A stretch of 58,767 nucleotides of DNA, taken from positions 1-58,767 of the IMG/VR virus record IMGVR_UViG_3300043473_000046, one strand, 5' to 3'. Of the stretch, positions 45,753 to 55,561 are shown piece after piece. Source of the stretch: a virus. Its lineage: Duplodnaviria > Caudoviricetes. The stretch's first letter is position 1. Each line of letters starts with the position of its first letter. The translations under genes and the position numbers were made by a program. The notes under the pieces were generated by a model. It saw nothing but the letters and a program-made list of their open reading frames with translations, had not been told where the DNA came from and ran no database searches.

Positions 45753-45989
45753 TCACCGCGGCTTGCCAATCTCCATCGGCTGGCCAAGTTTGATCGTCCA
45801 GACTCGTTTGCATTCGCGGCAGACGATCTCCACTTTTCCGCCGATCGCCCGCATGTCCAAGAGACTGCGCTGCCCCTTCATGTGACGAACATGGACGAAC
45901 GGAACACCGTCCTCGATCCCACACTTGGCAAGCAAAGGAGTGCGGGAGCATTCGCAGCGAATCTCCTGAGGGGCCGACCATTCAGCCAT
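45753..45989 (-). CDS. Zinc-ribbon protein (Mu Com-like)
   Basis: IRCEC...LLAK...VEIVCRECKR. Confidence 0.6.
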   Translation of the reverse strand: MAEWSAPQEIRCECSRTPLLAKCGIEDGVPFVHVRHMKGQRSLLDMRAIGGKVEIVCRECKRVWTIKLGQPMEIGKPR

Positions 45990-47406
45990 TCAGCTTGCCG
46001 CCAGAGCCTGGACGCCCCACCCCTGCTGGAGTGTTGACCACCCGCTCTGGACGATCCCGAACACGAAGATCCGGCGCGTTGGGGTCGACGGGGTCGCCCG
46101 GTGCAGGCTTGTTCTGCACCTGTCGGACTTCCTTGAGCGTCATTCCGAGAGCCATTCCGAGTTGATCGATGTCGGGCATCAACTTGCCGCCCGAGATCAA
46201 GCCAGTGACGATGGCGCGAATCGTCTCGATGTTGTCCTTGCCCAACGGGCGAATCTTCCACTCCACCCGAGGAGCCTTCTCACTGAAGTTGTAGTTCTTG
46301 ATCCGCTGAAGGATGTAGGGGTCGATGTATTCCTTGATGTCCATCGCCATCGCGTTCAGCGACCACAACCAAGTCTGCGTGTGCTGGACACCGAGATTCA
46401 GCGACCCGTGCTCACCCGATCGCATCAGCAGCATCGGCGTGAAGATCGACAGGCTGATCTCCTCGTCCAACCGGGCGAGATACCGCTCAAAGTCAGCACC
46501 CCGCATGTTGGACTCAAGGTAACTGATGTCGTAGGTGTATTCGCTTTGAACCGAAGCCGAGGGGTCGCGGTCTGACGGCAGGGTGACGGAGCCACCGGAA
46601 CGCAGACGCGCCAAGGCTTGTTCGATGACCTGCTTGCCGGTCAACTCGATGTCGGCACCGGTCTCGTCCTTGAACTGGAACTCCTCTTGAAAGGGAGCAC
46701 GACCAATCGGGGTGGGCTCACCGAATCGCTCAAAGTACCGGTTGGAGAACAGGTGGATGAGAAGCGAGAAGTACCACGGAGCGAAAGCGGCCTCCAGGAG
46801 CTTCCGTCCGTAGTAGTTCCCGTGTTCACGCAGAAGCGGATACCACAGGGTGTGCTCCGGAGGCACTGGATATCCGAGACCCACCTTGCTGATGCCGTCG
46901 TAGACCTTGATCTTTGGTGGGAGGGTGTTCGCTCCGGTCACGTCCTGCGGTCGCGGTCGATAACTGCTGGGAACTTCCTTCCAGTTGACCGATGCCTGGC
47001 TCGGATGAATGTCCTTCACCTTGTCAATGAAGACGTTGGCACCGTTGTTGGCGTTGTCCCATTCCAGCACCATCGGTGAGAAGCCGGCCCAGTAAGCGGT
47101 TGAGATTCCGCGGATCAACTCGGTCCAGATCAGACGGAGGTTCTCCTCCACGAGATCAGCGATCTTCTGGTCTTCGCACTCGACGTACCAATCGCACTGG
47201 TGGAGCATGAAGGCCATCAGCGACAGCGAAGCGTTGACCTGTGGGTGCGTCCGCATCTCCGAGAAGTCAGCGAGCGTCAGCTTGCTGGTGTCGAACATGA
47301 TGGCCGGGAGGCCCATGAAGGACTCCCAGTTCCGAATCGCTCCCTGATCGAACGACGCGCCCAGCGCGGGTGCATCAGCTTTCTTGTAATAGAAGATTTC
47401 GCTCAT
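45982..47406 (-). CDS. Portal protein (Mu gp29/DUF935-like)
   Basis: Follows terminase; AGFSPM.LEW, YGRKLL..A..PW, YFERFGEP, GSLNLG..H. Confidence 0.9.
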   Translation of the reverse strand: MSEIFYYKKADAPALGASFDQGAIRNWESFMGLPAIMFDTSKLTLADFSEMRTHPQVNASLSLMAFMLHQCDWYVECEDQKIADLVEENLRLIWTELIRGISTAYWAGFSPMVLEWDNANNGANVFIDKVKDIHPSQASVNWKEVPSSYRPRPQDVTGANTLPPKIKVYDGISKVGLGYPVPPEHTLWYPLLREHGNYYGRKLLEAAFAPWYFSLLIHLFSNRYFERFGEPTPIGRAPFQEEFQFKDETGADIELTGKQVIEQALARLRSGGSVTLPSDRDPSASVQSEYTYDISYLESNMRGADFERYLARLDEEISLSIFTPMLLMRSGEHGSLNLGVQHTQTWLWSLNAMAMDIKEYIDPYILQRIKNYNFSEKAPRVEWKIRPLGKDNIETIRAIVTGLISGGKLMPDIDQLGMALGMTLKEVRQVQNKPAPGDPVDPNAPDLRVRDRPERVVNTPAGVGRPGSGGKLNG

Positions 47407-47407
47407 G

Positions 47408-49264
47408 TCACTGCCTCGGTGGTGGTCGCCAGATCATCGGGTCGGTGCCGATCCTTGGCGGGATAGGCGCACGAGCCGACATCCCTGAGAACGCGGGGTG
47501 AGCACCAAGCATGGCATGACTGCCATTCATATCAGACGACCCCCCCTGGCTGTCCCCCATTGAAGGGTCGAAGGAACGACTTCGATGCAGTCTGGTCTCA
47601 CCCATGATGCTCGACACGGTGCAGGCGATGGCGTCCGCAACGTCCTTGGAGCCGTCCGGGGGATGATCGATCTTCATCCCCTCATCTTGGAGTTGCGACA
47701 GTTCCTTGTAGACGATGTCGATCAACGACATGTCACTGATCGAGGACGGAACCAGATACGGCGGGATCGCCACCCGATCCTCCACGATGGCGTCGTGCAG
47801 GTCGTAGTAGGGGAGCGTGCTCTTGTCGGCTGAGATCACTTCGGTGAGGATTCTCCGTCGACCGAACTGCTGGCGCATATCCGTGCTCTGGAATCCATCG
47901 GTACTGATCTTGACGATTCGGAACTTGCGCTTCTGTTGCAAGTCGTAGATCAACTGGCGAATGTCGCCCAGGAATATCTCCCGCCCCGGAGGAGCCTGAA
48001 TCCGCATCACCAAGTCGAAGGTGATGAACGGCTTGCGATCTCCATCCACCTTGATGATCTCGGAGACGTGGGCAATGGCCAGACCCAGTGCGTCCCCGTC
48101 CTGAGAGAAGGCGATGTCGATGTGGCCGACACGAGGAACCGAGTTGTTGGCGATCAAGTCATCGTGGAACCTGTTCTTGGAATCCACGGGGATGAAGTCT
48201 CCGTACCGGGCGACGTAGAGCTTCCGGGCGTCATCAATCCGTGATGGATCGTGGAACAACGGCGAGTTGACGGCAGGCGGTCGGCCCGCCAGGTCGCGGA
48301 GAGCCTTCTGCGGCGAGTTGAGGAAGTCCCGCTCGTAGACCTTGGGAACTTCCAGAACGTGCTCCGGGAACCCCTGGAGGCGAGCCAACTCCATCGTCGT
48401 GAACTCGTACCGCTGGGCGTCGTACCAGAACGAGTCCCGGCTTCCGTCGGGACGCAGGTACTTCTGCCACCCCATCGATTCCCAGATCGTGATCAGGCTC
48501 GTGTAGGCGTGGGGATCGAGCCGCATCTCCCGGTACATCTTGGCAGCGAAGCCTGCCGACTTCTTCATCTGACCGATGACGAGGAGGAATCCACGGTTGT
48601 CGAAGCGCGACGTGATGCGGCCATGGATCGTGGTGTAGCCCTGTTCGGCGTAGTCCTTGTTCTTGGTGATCTTGTGCGAATCGGCCTCATCCAGAATCCC
48701 ACCCAAGATGTTGTAGCCCTCAAAGGTGGTCTCGGCGGAGTCGCCGGGGATGATCCAGATGTTCTTCTGGTCGAAGCGGAACTGCGTCTTGAACTGCGGG
48801 TTGTACGGGTAGTTGATCCGGAACCAGGGCGAGTGATCGATACGAGCCTTGATGTCACCGAACACGACTTCCTTCGCCTGCGCCTCGGAAGTCGACATCT
48901 GCATGAAGGCGATGCGGCTTCCCGGCAGGAGATTGAAGTACTCCTGGGGGTCTTTCAAGCAGAGCACCCAGTGGGTCATGTAGGGAATGACGATCGAGGC
49001 CAGCGTCGTCTTTCCGACCCCGATCGCACCCGTGAAGATAGCCCGCTCGTACTCAGCGATGCGCTCGGTGTTGGTCTCCAGCCCGAACAAGTCCATCAGG
49101 ATGTCCTTCAGGCTCTTGCGGACCAACCGCTCGATGTTCAGATAGTCGGGACCAAGGAACTCGTAGATCGACGCGGGCCGCTGCTCAAACTCCGGATGAT
49201 CCTGAAGCCACTTGAACTCAGCCTTCTGGCGCGCATCACCCGTAAGTAAACTAATCAGGGTCAC
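47408..49264 (-). CDS. terL: Terminase large subunit (start uncertain: GTG 49264 or 49327)
   Basis: GAIGVGKT Walker A, ILDEAD Walker B, HIDIA, DGFQS, KIDHP..GSKDVADA. Confidence 0.93.
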   Translation of the reverse strand: MTLISLLTGDARQKAEFKWLQDHPEFEQRPASIYEFLGPDYLNIERLVRKSLKDILMDLFGLETNTERIAEYERAIFTGAIGVGKTTLASIVIPYMTHWVLCLKDPQEYFNLLPGSRIAFMQMSTSEAQAKEVVFGDIKARIDHSPWFRINYPYNPQFKTQFRFDQKNIWIIPGDSAETTFEGYNILGGILDEADSHKITKNKDYAEQGYTTIHGRITSRFDNRGFLLVIGQMKKSAGFAAKMYREMRLDPHAYTSLITIWESMGWQKYLRPDGSRDSFWYDAQRYEFTTMELARLQGFPEHVLEVPKVYERDFLNSPQKALRDLAGRPPAVNSPLFHDPSRIDDARKLYVARYGDFIPVDSKNRFHDDLIANNSVPRVGHIDIAFSQDGDALGLAIAHVSEIIKVDGDRKPFITFDLVMRIQAPPGREIFLGDIRQLIYDLQQKRKFRIVKISTDGFQSTDMRQQFGRRRILTEVISADKSTLPYYDLHDAIVEDRVAIPPYLVPSSISDMSLIDIVYKELSQLQDEGMKIDHPPDGSKDVADAIACTVSSIMGETRLHRSRSFDPSMGDSQGGSSDMNGSHAMLGAHPAFSGMSARAPIPPRIGTDPMIWRPPPRQ

Positions 49265-50750
49265 TGTAGGAAGCCTCGATCGCCGTTCGGTGGACCGGAG
49301 GATCATCACCGCGGATGATGGCTTCAACTTGTTCCTGTGTTGCCTCCTCTGGGGAGATTCCGTGCTGCTGGAGGATGGAGACGACTCCAGCCATCACCTG
49401 TTGCGGCGTGGCTGCGGCGACGGCACCGGCATTGGAGTTGTGGATGCCGACGTTGACCCGCGTCCCCGACATCTGACCGGCGATCTGCGGGTCCAGGAGC
49501 CGTGCCATCTGGATCGCCCGATCGAAGACCGAGTTGGCGAGCGAGGTCACGGCCGGTGAGACCTTGTAGACCCCGTTCATGTCGGCCTGCTCCTGCTCAC
49601 TCGTGATCGCCTTCTCCAACCGGCTCGCGTTCGCGGTGAGGAGAGTGCTGATCCCGTCGATGATGTCGCTCACCTTGCGTGAGCCGAACTTCTCCGACAA
49701 CTTGAGTGCTTCAGTACCGTCCACGATGCAAATTGCTCCTGGTCGAGAGTATGGACAACGGCTTGCGGCGCTGCAAACGTCGCATATCCACTTGTCGTTG
49801 AGATTCGTCAGCTTGGGTCGATACTTTGAGAGTACAGGCTTCCAATCCTCATCGGCATCATCCCAATCAGCCGAGTTCGGGTCCATATCCGGATGCCGCC
49901 CGGAGAACGCGTACATCCGGTCCTGGTTTCGCGTGATCCACAGCAGTGACTTGAGGTTGAACTTCCAGGTGTAACGAGCGAGTGCCCTGCGATCCTTGAG
50001 TCGCCGGAACTCCACCAGCGATTCTCCGATCAGCCTGGCCCACTTCACATCGGCCTGACCGCCCTTCGACCACTTGCCATTCGGGAGCAACAGCACCGGT
50101 CGTCCATTACTCCACTCCAAGGTCACCGGATGATCAAAGGCGTCGATAGACATCCCCACCGTGCGCTGCACGCTCTTGCCGCCGTGCATGTGAAACTCGA
50201 TGTGTGGATACTCCCGCTTGAGGTTAGAGACGTAAGCCATCATCTGTTGCCACTCAAGGCGATCATTCGGCGGATTGCGGATCAGAATCTTGTAAGCCTG
50301 ACCCTTGACGGCGAGGTATGGGACTTCGTCACCCCAGAACGTGCCGACGGTCTCCCCAGCTTCTGGATAGTGCTCACATAGACGCTTCAAAGATGGGAAT
50401 GTGTCGTTCTTGGCCGACCAGGACGGGTACGCAGCAACCGGCTTGCTCCAACCGTGCTTGTGATCGAACAGAAGTGAGACGCGAGCCCCGTACTCGACCA
50501 GGAGAGCGTTCCACGGACGCCCTCGGGAGTGGAACTCAATCGACTTCTTGGGGTCGATCGCCAGGTTACGCTTGAACTGATACGTCCTCTGTGGAAAGAC
50601 GAAGTTCTCGATGCCGTAGTCGAAGCAGATGTTGATGTGGGGACCAGGGGTGTTCACCCACAGCACAGACTCGTTGACCCAGGGGCTAAGTGCGGAATCG
50701 CTTTCCTGCGTAGAAGTCATCATACTTGTATTTCTTGTTGTTGGACTCAT
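49251..50750 (-). CDS. Divergent TGT/DpdA-like protein with C-terminal Cys4 and helical domain (terminase small-subunit position)
   Basis: FHMHG..SIDAFD; CDVC..CPY..GAIC..IIDGISTLL..RLE..LLDP resembles the gene annotated queuine tRNA-ribosyltransferase in cluster B mycobacteriophages (recalled). Confidence 0.55.
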   Translation of the reverse strand: MSPTTRNTSMMTSTQESDSALSPWVNESVLWVNTPGPHINICFDYGIENFVFPQRTYQFKRNLAIDPKKSIEFHSRGRPWNALLVEYGARVSLLFDHKHGWSKPVAAYPSWSAKNDTFPSLKRLCEHYPEAGETVGTFWGDEVPYLAVKGQAYKILIRNPPNDRLEWQQMMAYVSNLKREYPHIEFHMHGGKSVQRTVGMSIDAFDHPVTLEWSNGRPVLLLPNGKWSKGGQADVKWARLIGESLVEFRRLKDRRALARYTWKFNLKSLLWITRNQDRMYAFSGRHPDMDPNSADWDDADEDWKPVLSKYRPKLTNLNDKWICDVCSAASRCPYSRPGAICIVDGTEALKLSEKFGSRKVSDIIDGISTLLTANASRLEKAITSEQEQADMNGVYKVSPAVTSLANSVFDRAIQMARLLDPQIAGQMSGTRVNVGIHNSNAGAVAAATPQQVMAGVVSILQQHGISPEEATQEQVEAIIRGDDPPVHRTAIEASYSDPD

Positions 50751-52971
50751 AGTACGCGGAGAAATCCCCGGTCGGCGTCAACAGGTAAGTCCGACTGCCA
50801 TCCGGACCATCCAGGAGCGTCACCTGAACCACCGTGTGGTCGATCTGCATGAGATCGAGCGCACGCTTCCGAACCTCTCCGTCCGCCTCTTTCCAGAAGC
50901 GAGTCGTCCTCAAAGAGCGGAGTTCAGGCCAGCGCCCTTTCTTGTCATACTGCTCCTGAAGCCACTTCTCAATTCTCTCCGCGAGAAAGTCCTTATCGGA
51001 CTTCGTAGGCGTCTTGACGTACTTTACCATCGAGGACGCACAAGGGATGGTGTAACTGGATACGAAGTGGTACGCCGCGTTCACATGCTGTGGCTCCACC
51101 AACGGTGAGTTCTCGTTCACCGCCAATAGGAATGCAAACCGACAAACCTGATGCTCCCAGCGGGCGAACATCGGGCTGATCTTCTGAATCGTTCCCATTC
51201 TGGTCCGCACCGGATGATTCATGATCAATCGCTTTGAATCATCGGAGAACGGAATCAACCGCTTCCTGTTCTGGCAGTCCTTCCACATCCGCTCATACAT
51301 CTTCACATACGGTGGATCAGGATCGTAGGACTGAGCATCGAGAATCGATCGCTCACGACGACCCCGTCCCATGAAGAAGATCATGCGATTGAAGAACCCC
51401 GACACAAGATCAGCCTTCTCAGCCAACGTAGCGAGAGCATCATTTTGCGTCAGGAATGTCCCCGTGAAGTATGTATCACGAACATCGCGGTGCCCACCCG
51501 TCAGCGAATAATCTTCCGCCACGACCTCGGGTTCATCCTTTGACTTGCAAAAATCATGAAAGGTCATCACTCGTTGCTTGATGTGCTCGCCACCCTGCCG
51601 ACGTGATCGAGAAATGAAGGTCGCCAATTCATCTTCGACATACCAGGCGTTGGTGGGAATCTCTTTCTTGACTTCTGGATCGTTGATGTCAACAATCTCA
51701 GTCTTGATTTTCGCAAGCAGAGCCTCCGCTGACGCCACGCTGGTGATGTGTTTCACCCCCATCCCAGTAGCGCGATCCCACTTGGCTCCGGTTGCCTCCT
51801 GGATCAGATGAGTCAGTCGCTTGGTTGCGATCGACTTTCCTGTTGCCGAATCACCGATCAGCACCGCCAGCGTGGACCCCGTCAGCGTCCCGTAAGAGAA
51901 TGATGTGGTGGAGTGACTGCAACTGATGCCAATGGCTTGTAAGCCTAATCCGATGAAGAACTCCTGGGGAATCCACGGAAGTTCGGACTCGGCCTGCTCC
52001 ATCCAGGAATGGAAGAAGGTGCCCTCGGGTACGTCGAGATCGTGCCAGTCGAAAGACGGAAGGTTATTGATATCGAATAAGGCATCGATCGCATCTTCGT
52101 CCAACTCGTCATCGAGTTCCAGGCCGCGCAGCATCTCGTCGCTTGAAATTGTGATCGGCTCCGTGGCCTCACTTGATGCGGGCACGGACGGCTCGTAGAA
52201 CTCAGCGTAAGTGACCGGGCCATCCTCCGTCTGCTCCGTGATCTCCATCGGCTCCGGTTGCGCCCGCTGTTCCTCAGCAACGACAGCGTCCTTGTCGAGT
52301 TGGTTGGAGGCCCAATCTTCCGTTCTCGCCTCTACATACTGGCCACCATCGCTTGTAGAGACGATTGTTATCCCCAATTCGTCGGCCATCTCCTTGATGA
52401 TTCGGGAGAACTCCGGTGATCGGTGGAATTGGGTCGGCTGGAGATCGTGCCTGGCCGCTGCGTAGAAGTCGATTACGTCGCCACCGATGGTGCATTTCCC
52501 GCAGTACCACGTCTGCTTACTTGTGTTCACCCAGGCACTCGGATCGTGGTCGACGTGATCGGAGAACGGACACCTGACCTTCACGCCCTCAGTGCGGTTG
52601 TCCTTGATGCGCGCCTGTGGCTTACCCCAGGTCCGCACCGCCTGGATGATCCCCACCCGCTGCTTGATCTCTGAGACGTAGTCCGGACCTTCGTAGACCT
52701 CGTCCGGGATGTCGTCCTGGAACTGCTCCGGTACCTCGATCGCCTCGGGTCGGGACTCGGGCTGATTCTGTTGCTGTTGTTCCGCCAACTGCGCTTGTTT
52801 GTTGAGAGCGACGACCTGATACTTGACCATTTCGCCGTCGGGCATCACCCGCTCTTTGCGTTCCTGGCGAGCCGTTGCGTCATCGGGATGGAGGATCAGA
52901 AGGAGTTCGTCAATGACCGCTTCCGTTACCTCACCGGCGTCGAACCGGGAGACGAGATCATCAAAGTTCAT
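50686..52971 (-). CDS. CHC2 zinc-finger plus DUF3987-type helicase (primase partner)
   Basis: RCPF..H.D..PS..WYCGKC..GGDVIDF; GDSATGKS; EDEL; SGFFNR; ATGA-coupled to the primase. Confidence 0.8.
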   Translation of the reverse strand: MNFDDLVSRFDAGEVTEAVIDELLLILHPDDATARQERKERVMPDGEMVKYQVVALNKQAQLAEQQQQNQPESRPEAIEVPEQFQDDIPDEVYEGPDYVSEIKQRVGIIQAVRTWGKPQARIKDNRTEGVKVRCPFSDHVDHDPSAWVNTSKQTWYCGKCTIGGDVIDFYAAARHDLQPTQFHRSPEFSRIIKEMADELGITIVSTSDGGQYVEARTEDWASNQLDKDAVVAEEQRAQPEPMEITEQTEDGPVTYAEFYEPSVPASSEATEPITISSDEMLRGLELDDELDEDAIDALFDINNLPSFDWHDLDVPEGTFFHSWMEQAESELPWIPQEFFIGLGLQAIGISCSHSTTSFSYGTLTGSTLAVLIGDSATGKSIATKRLTHLIQEATGAKWDRATGMGVKHITSVASAEALLAKIKTEIVDINDPEVKKEIPTNAWYVEDELATFISRSRRQGGEHIKQRVMTFHDFCKSKDEPEVVAEDYSLTGGHRDVRDTYFTGTFLTQNDALATLAEKADLVSGFFNRMIFFMGRGRRERSILDAQSYDPDPPYVKMYERMWKDCQNRKRLIPFSDDSKRLIMNHPVRTRMGTIQKISPMFARWEHQVCRFAFLLAVNENSPLVEPQHVNAAYHFVSSYTIPCASSMVKYVKTPTKSDKDFLAERIEKWLQEQYDKKGRWPELRSLRTTRFWKEADGEVRKRALDLMQIDHTVVQVTLLDGPDGSRTYLLTPTGDFSAYYESNNKKYKYDDFYAGKRFRT

Positions 52972-53822
52972 GGGACAAGGCAGTCCCACTTCAAGTCAAG
53001 CGTGTTGGCCTGCAAACGGAGCGCATCCATCGAGGAGAGCTTGCGGAGACCCCAGTTCGGTATCTGGGGCAACACGGGATTCAGCGCATAAGTTCTCATC
53101 CCGCGCTCGTGCATCCCGAACGGCAGGCGGATGAGGTTGCCCAGAGACTCGGGGTCTTTGAGGGCGTCTTGCTTTGGGAAGACTTCAATTTCAACACTTG
53201 GATTCCCCTGATGATTTTGATAGAAGCTCTCGCTTCTGCGAGCGAACATGGGTATTCCGTCCATGACCGAATGGGCCATCGCCCTCGCCTCGGAGGCGGG
53301 GACCAGATGACCGAACGGCACAAAGACGTGTGCGCCTCCCCCTGTGATGATGATCGTACACGTCAGGCTCAGAGCCTCCCAGACCTCGCGTTCGATGTAG
53401 TGAACGGTCGAGCGGACCAACGAGCACGCCCATCGATGGGCGGGGCTGTGCGGATTGTGGAGAGCTTCCTCAAGGTTCCCATGATGCTGAATCTGCAAGT
53501 CCAGTTCGCCGTCGACTGGCGGCTCGTCCTCGCGGACGCTGGAATCATCACCGATCAGGAAGTAATCTGCATCATCTTTCAAGTCAACATCGAACGCCAC
53601 GCAGCGCACCATCGAATCGGGATCGAGGAGATAGGCACCCAGGCAGCGGTCATCGAACAGGTGTCGTCGGAAGTCATCCAACGTGAACTTTGTGCGGATG
53701 GCGCACCACTCGCCGTTGCGGAACACGGCCTTTGCGTCGCGCCGTCCGATGAACAGCATTCCGAAGAGTTTGGAAGTCTCCCTCAGGAGGAGTTCGTTGC
53801 GGGTCAGTGGTTCGTCAGCCAC
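52968..53822 (-). CDS. Archaeo-eukaryotic primase (AEP/TOTE-type catalytic domain)
   Basis: GAY..AFDVD, TGGGAHVF, IEVFPKQ, GNLIRLPFG.H. Confidence 0.85.
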   Translation of the reverse strand: MADEPLTRNELLLRETSKLFGMLFIGRRDAKAVFRNGEWCAIRTKFTLDDFRRHLFDDRCLGAYLLDPDSMVRCVAFDVDLKDDADYFLIGDDSSVREDEPPVDGELDLQIQHHGNLEEALHNPHSPAHRWACSLVRSTVHYIEREVWEALSLTCTIIITGGGAHVFVPFGHLVPASEARAMAHSVMDGIPMFARRSESFYQNHQGNPSVEIEVFPKQDALKDPESLGNLIRLPFGMHERGMRTYALNPVLPQIPNWGLRKLSSMDALRLQANTLDLKWDCLVP

Positions 53823-54000
53823 GATGGTGAGCCTTTCGGGGTTGGGTGCGGGTCAGCGACCGTACTGCACCAGGCAGAACGCGCGCAACCCCGGAAATGG
53901 TTCGACCCCGATCCGGCTCCTCGGCTGACGAAGGCTTCAGAGTTGTTCCGGAGCGGGGTCGAACACGCACCCTGACCGGCCGTGGTGGCACATCAGAAGC
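53823..54000 (-). promoter_or_regulatory. Structured 5' leader of the primase gene
   Basis: Two long inverted repeats (53834-53844/53886-53897; 53900-53916/53948-53964); the first covers the RBS. Confidence 0.6.
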
Positions 54001-54004
54001 GAGA

Positions 54005-54033
54005 ACGATACAGAGTCTTAACCGATACGTCAA
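54005..54033 (-). promoter_or_regulatory. SigA-like promoter TTGACG-N17-TATCGT
   Basis: Near-consensus hexamers with 17-nt spacing. Confidence 0.7.
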
Positions 54034-54039
54034 CTCGGA

Positions 54040-54501
54040 TCAGCGAAGTGTCGGAATGTCGTCATCTGGTGGATCGAACTCTTCCACTGGATAAGGCTCG
54101 TCGGTTGCGAGCCTTGTCCAAGTCACCGTGTTCTCGGGTGTCGGGTAAGTCCCGGTGTGCAGCGTGAGCTTGCCCTCTCGGGCGATGGCCTCGGTGATGC
54201 GAGCACGGCCACCCAGTTGAGCGCGGCCTTCCAGCCGCGGCGCAGAGTTCGGGGACGATGATTCCCAGCCATCCCTCTCCGAACGCTTGGCGAATTCGAC
54301 CACGACCCGGACGATCCAGGCGTTGACGCTCAGGTTCTCCCGCTTGGCGGCGTCCTTGATGAGATCATCGAAGTTGTCCGGATAGCGAACCATCCGAACC
54401 TTCGTATCAGTATCCGACGGTGGCGCTTCTGGCGCTTCGGCCAGTGGCGGATCGAAGGTGATGGCCGGTTGTTCCGGCTGGGCGCGAGCGAGATGAGTCA
54501 T
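54040..54501 (-). CDS. Ribbon-helix-helix (Arc/HicB-like) DNA-binding protein
   Basis: MVRYPDNFDDLIKDAAKRENLSVNAWIVRVV. Confidence 0.75.
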   Translation of the reverse strand: MTHLARAQPEQPAITFDPPLAEAPEAPPSDTDTKVRMVRYPDNFDDLIKDAAKRENLSVNAWIVRVVVEFAKRSERDGWESSSPNSAPRLEGRAQLGGRARITEAIAREGKLTLHTGTYPTPENTVTWTRLATDEPYPVEEFDPPDDDIPTLR

Positions 54502-54616
54502 GGCAGGAACCGCGCAATCACGACCATGACGGTGATGAGTCCGACCATCAAGATGAATTGATTGCGAGTGCTCATCGGCTCTCTGGGCTTGTGCTCTTGG
54601 TCAGGAAGCATGTCGG

Positions 54617-55561
54617 TCAATTGGAAGCTCCTTCAGTGACGTAGTCGATCTCTCTGTCGACTTCAAATGTGGCTCGGGCCGGAATCCAGAACTTGCCCGC
54701 GTACTTGCCGAACAAGAGCCCGCGATCGAACGCTGGTCCGTAGTGGGCGTAGTGGCCCCTTACAAATCCTTGGGGCACTCCAGCGATGTGGTCGTCGGTG
54801 TCATCCTTGTGATACCGGTAACTCTTGTTCGTCTTCTTGATGACGATCTTCTTGGGGTTGACGCCGAGTCGCTCCAGGCGTCTACGTTCCGGTCGCTTGC
54901 GTTGTGGCGTGACAAGTTCGACGTTGCTGCATCCGGCCAACGTGTACGTCTGGAACCAGATCAACATCGCGTTCTGATAAACGTAAGCGGTCGACTCCTG
55001 AGTGTCCTCTCCGAAGTCGTAGAGGGCGGTCCAGCGAACATCACCCAAGGTGCCGTCGGCGTAGACGGCCACGTCCCAGCGGTACAACGGGCCGATGGTC
55101 TCGATCGGCTGGCCCTTGGAGTTGCGACCACCAGCCCACAGGACGCCGACGAAGCGATACCGCACTGCGGCCCAGTCGACCTCGTTCTCGGTCTCCCACA
55201 GGTACGGCGGTTGGGACTTGTCCCACTCCCTCAATTCCCAGTGGTCTTCCTCTTTGTCGATCGAATAGGTCTGGATGACGTAGACGTTGCCAAGCTGATT
55301 GACGTAGCCGATCAAGGCACTTTCCCAGACGGGCAGCAGTCGGTACTCGTCGTACAACTTCACGGCTGGCCCGTTGATGATCTGGTCGTACATCGAAGTG
55401 GCGTCGATGATCTGGCAGGGATACTCGTTGATGAGTTCGATCAGGCTCATGTGAACCTTCCGCATCTCATTCGCAACTTCACTTTGAGCAGCAGACCGCG
55501 ACGGGTCCACCACACGGTTGGCCTTCAGATCGCGGACGACCTTGGCGATTGCTTCACTCAT
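54617..55561 (-). CDS. Conserved phage hypothetical protein
   Basis: C-terminal VRGHY...LFGK..G.FWIP motif. Confidence 0.8.
   Translation of the reverse strand: MSEAIAKVVRDLKANRVVDPSRSAAQSEVANEMRKVHMSLIELINEYPCQIIDATSMYDQIINGPAVKLYDEYRLLPVWESALIGYVNQLGNVYVIQTYSIDKEEDHWELREWDKSQPPYLWETENEVDWAAVRYRFVGVLWAGGRNSKGQPIETIGPLYRWDVAVYADGTLGDVRWTALYDFGEDTQESTAYVYQNAMLIWFQTYTLAGCSNVELVTPQRKRPERRRLERLGVNPKKIVIKKTNKSYRYHKDDTDDHIAGVPQGFVRGHYAHYGPAFDRGLLFGKYAGKFWIPARATFEVDREIDYVTEGASN

Noticed and set aside
53815-54033. 72-aa minus-strand ORF upstream of the primase
   Set aside because: Its start codon is the TTG of the -35 box; the region is better explained as promoter plus leader
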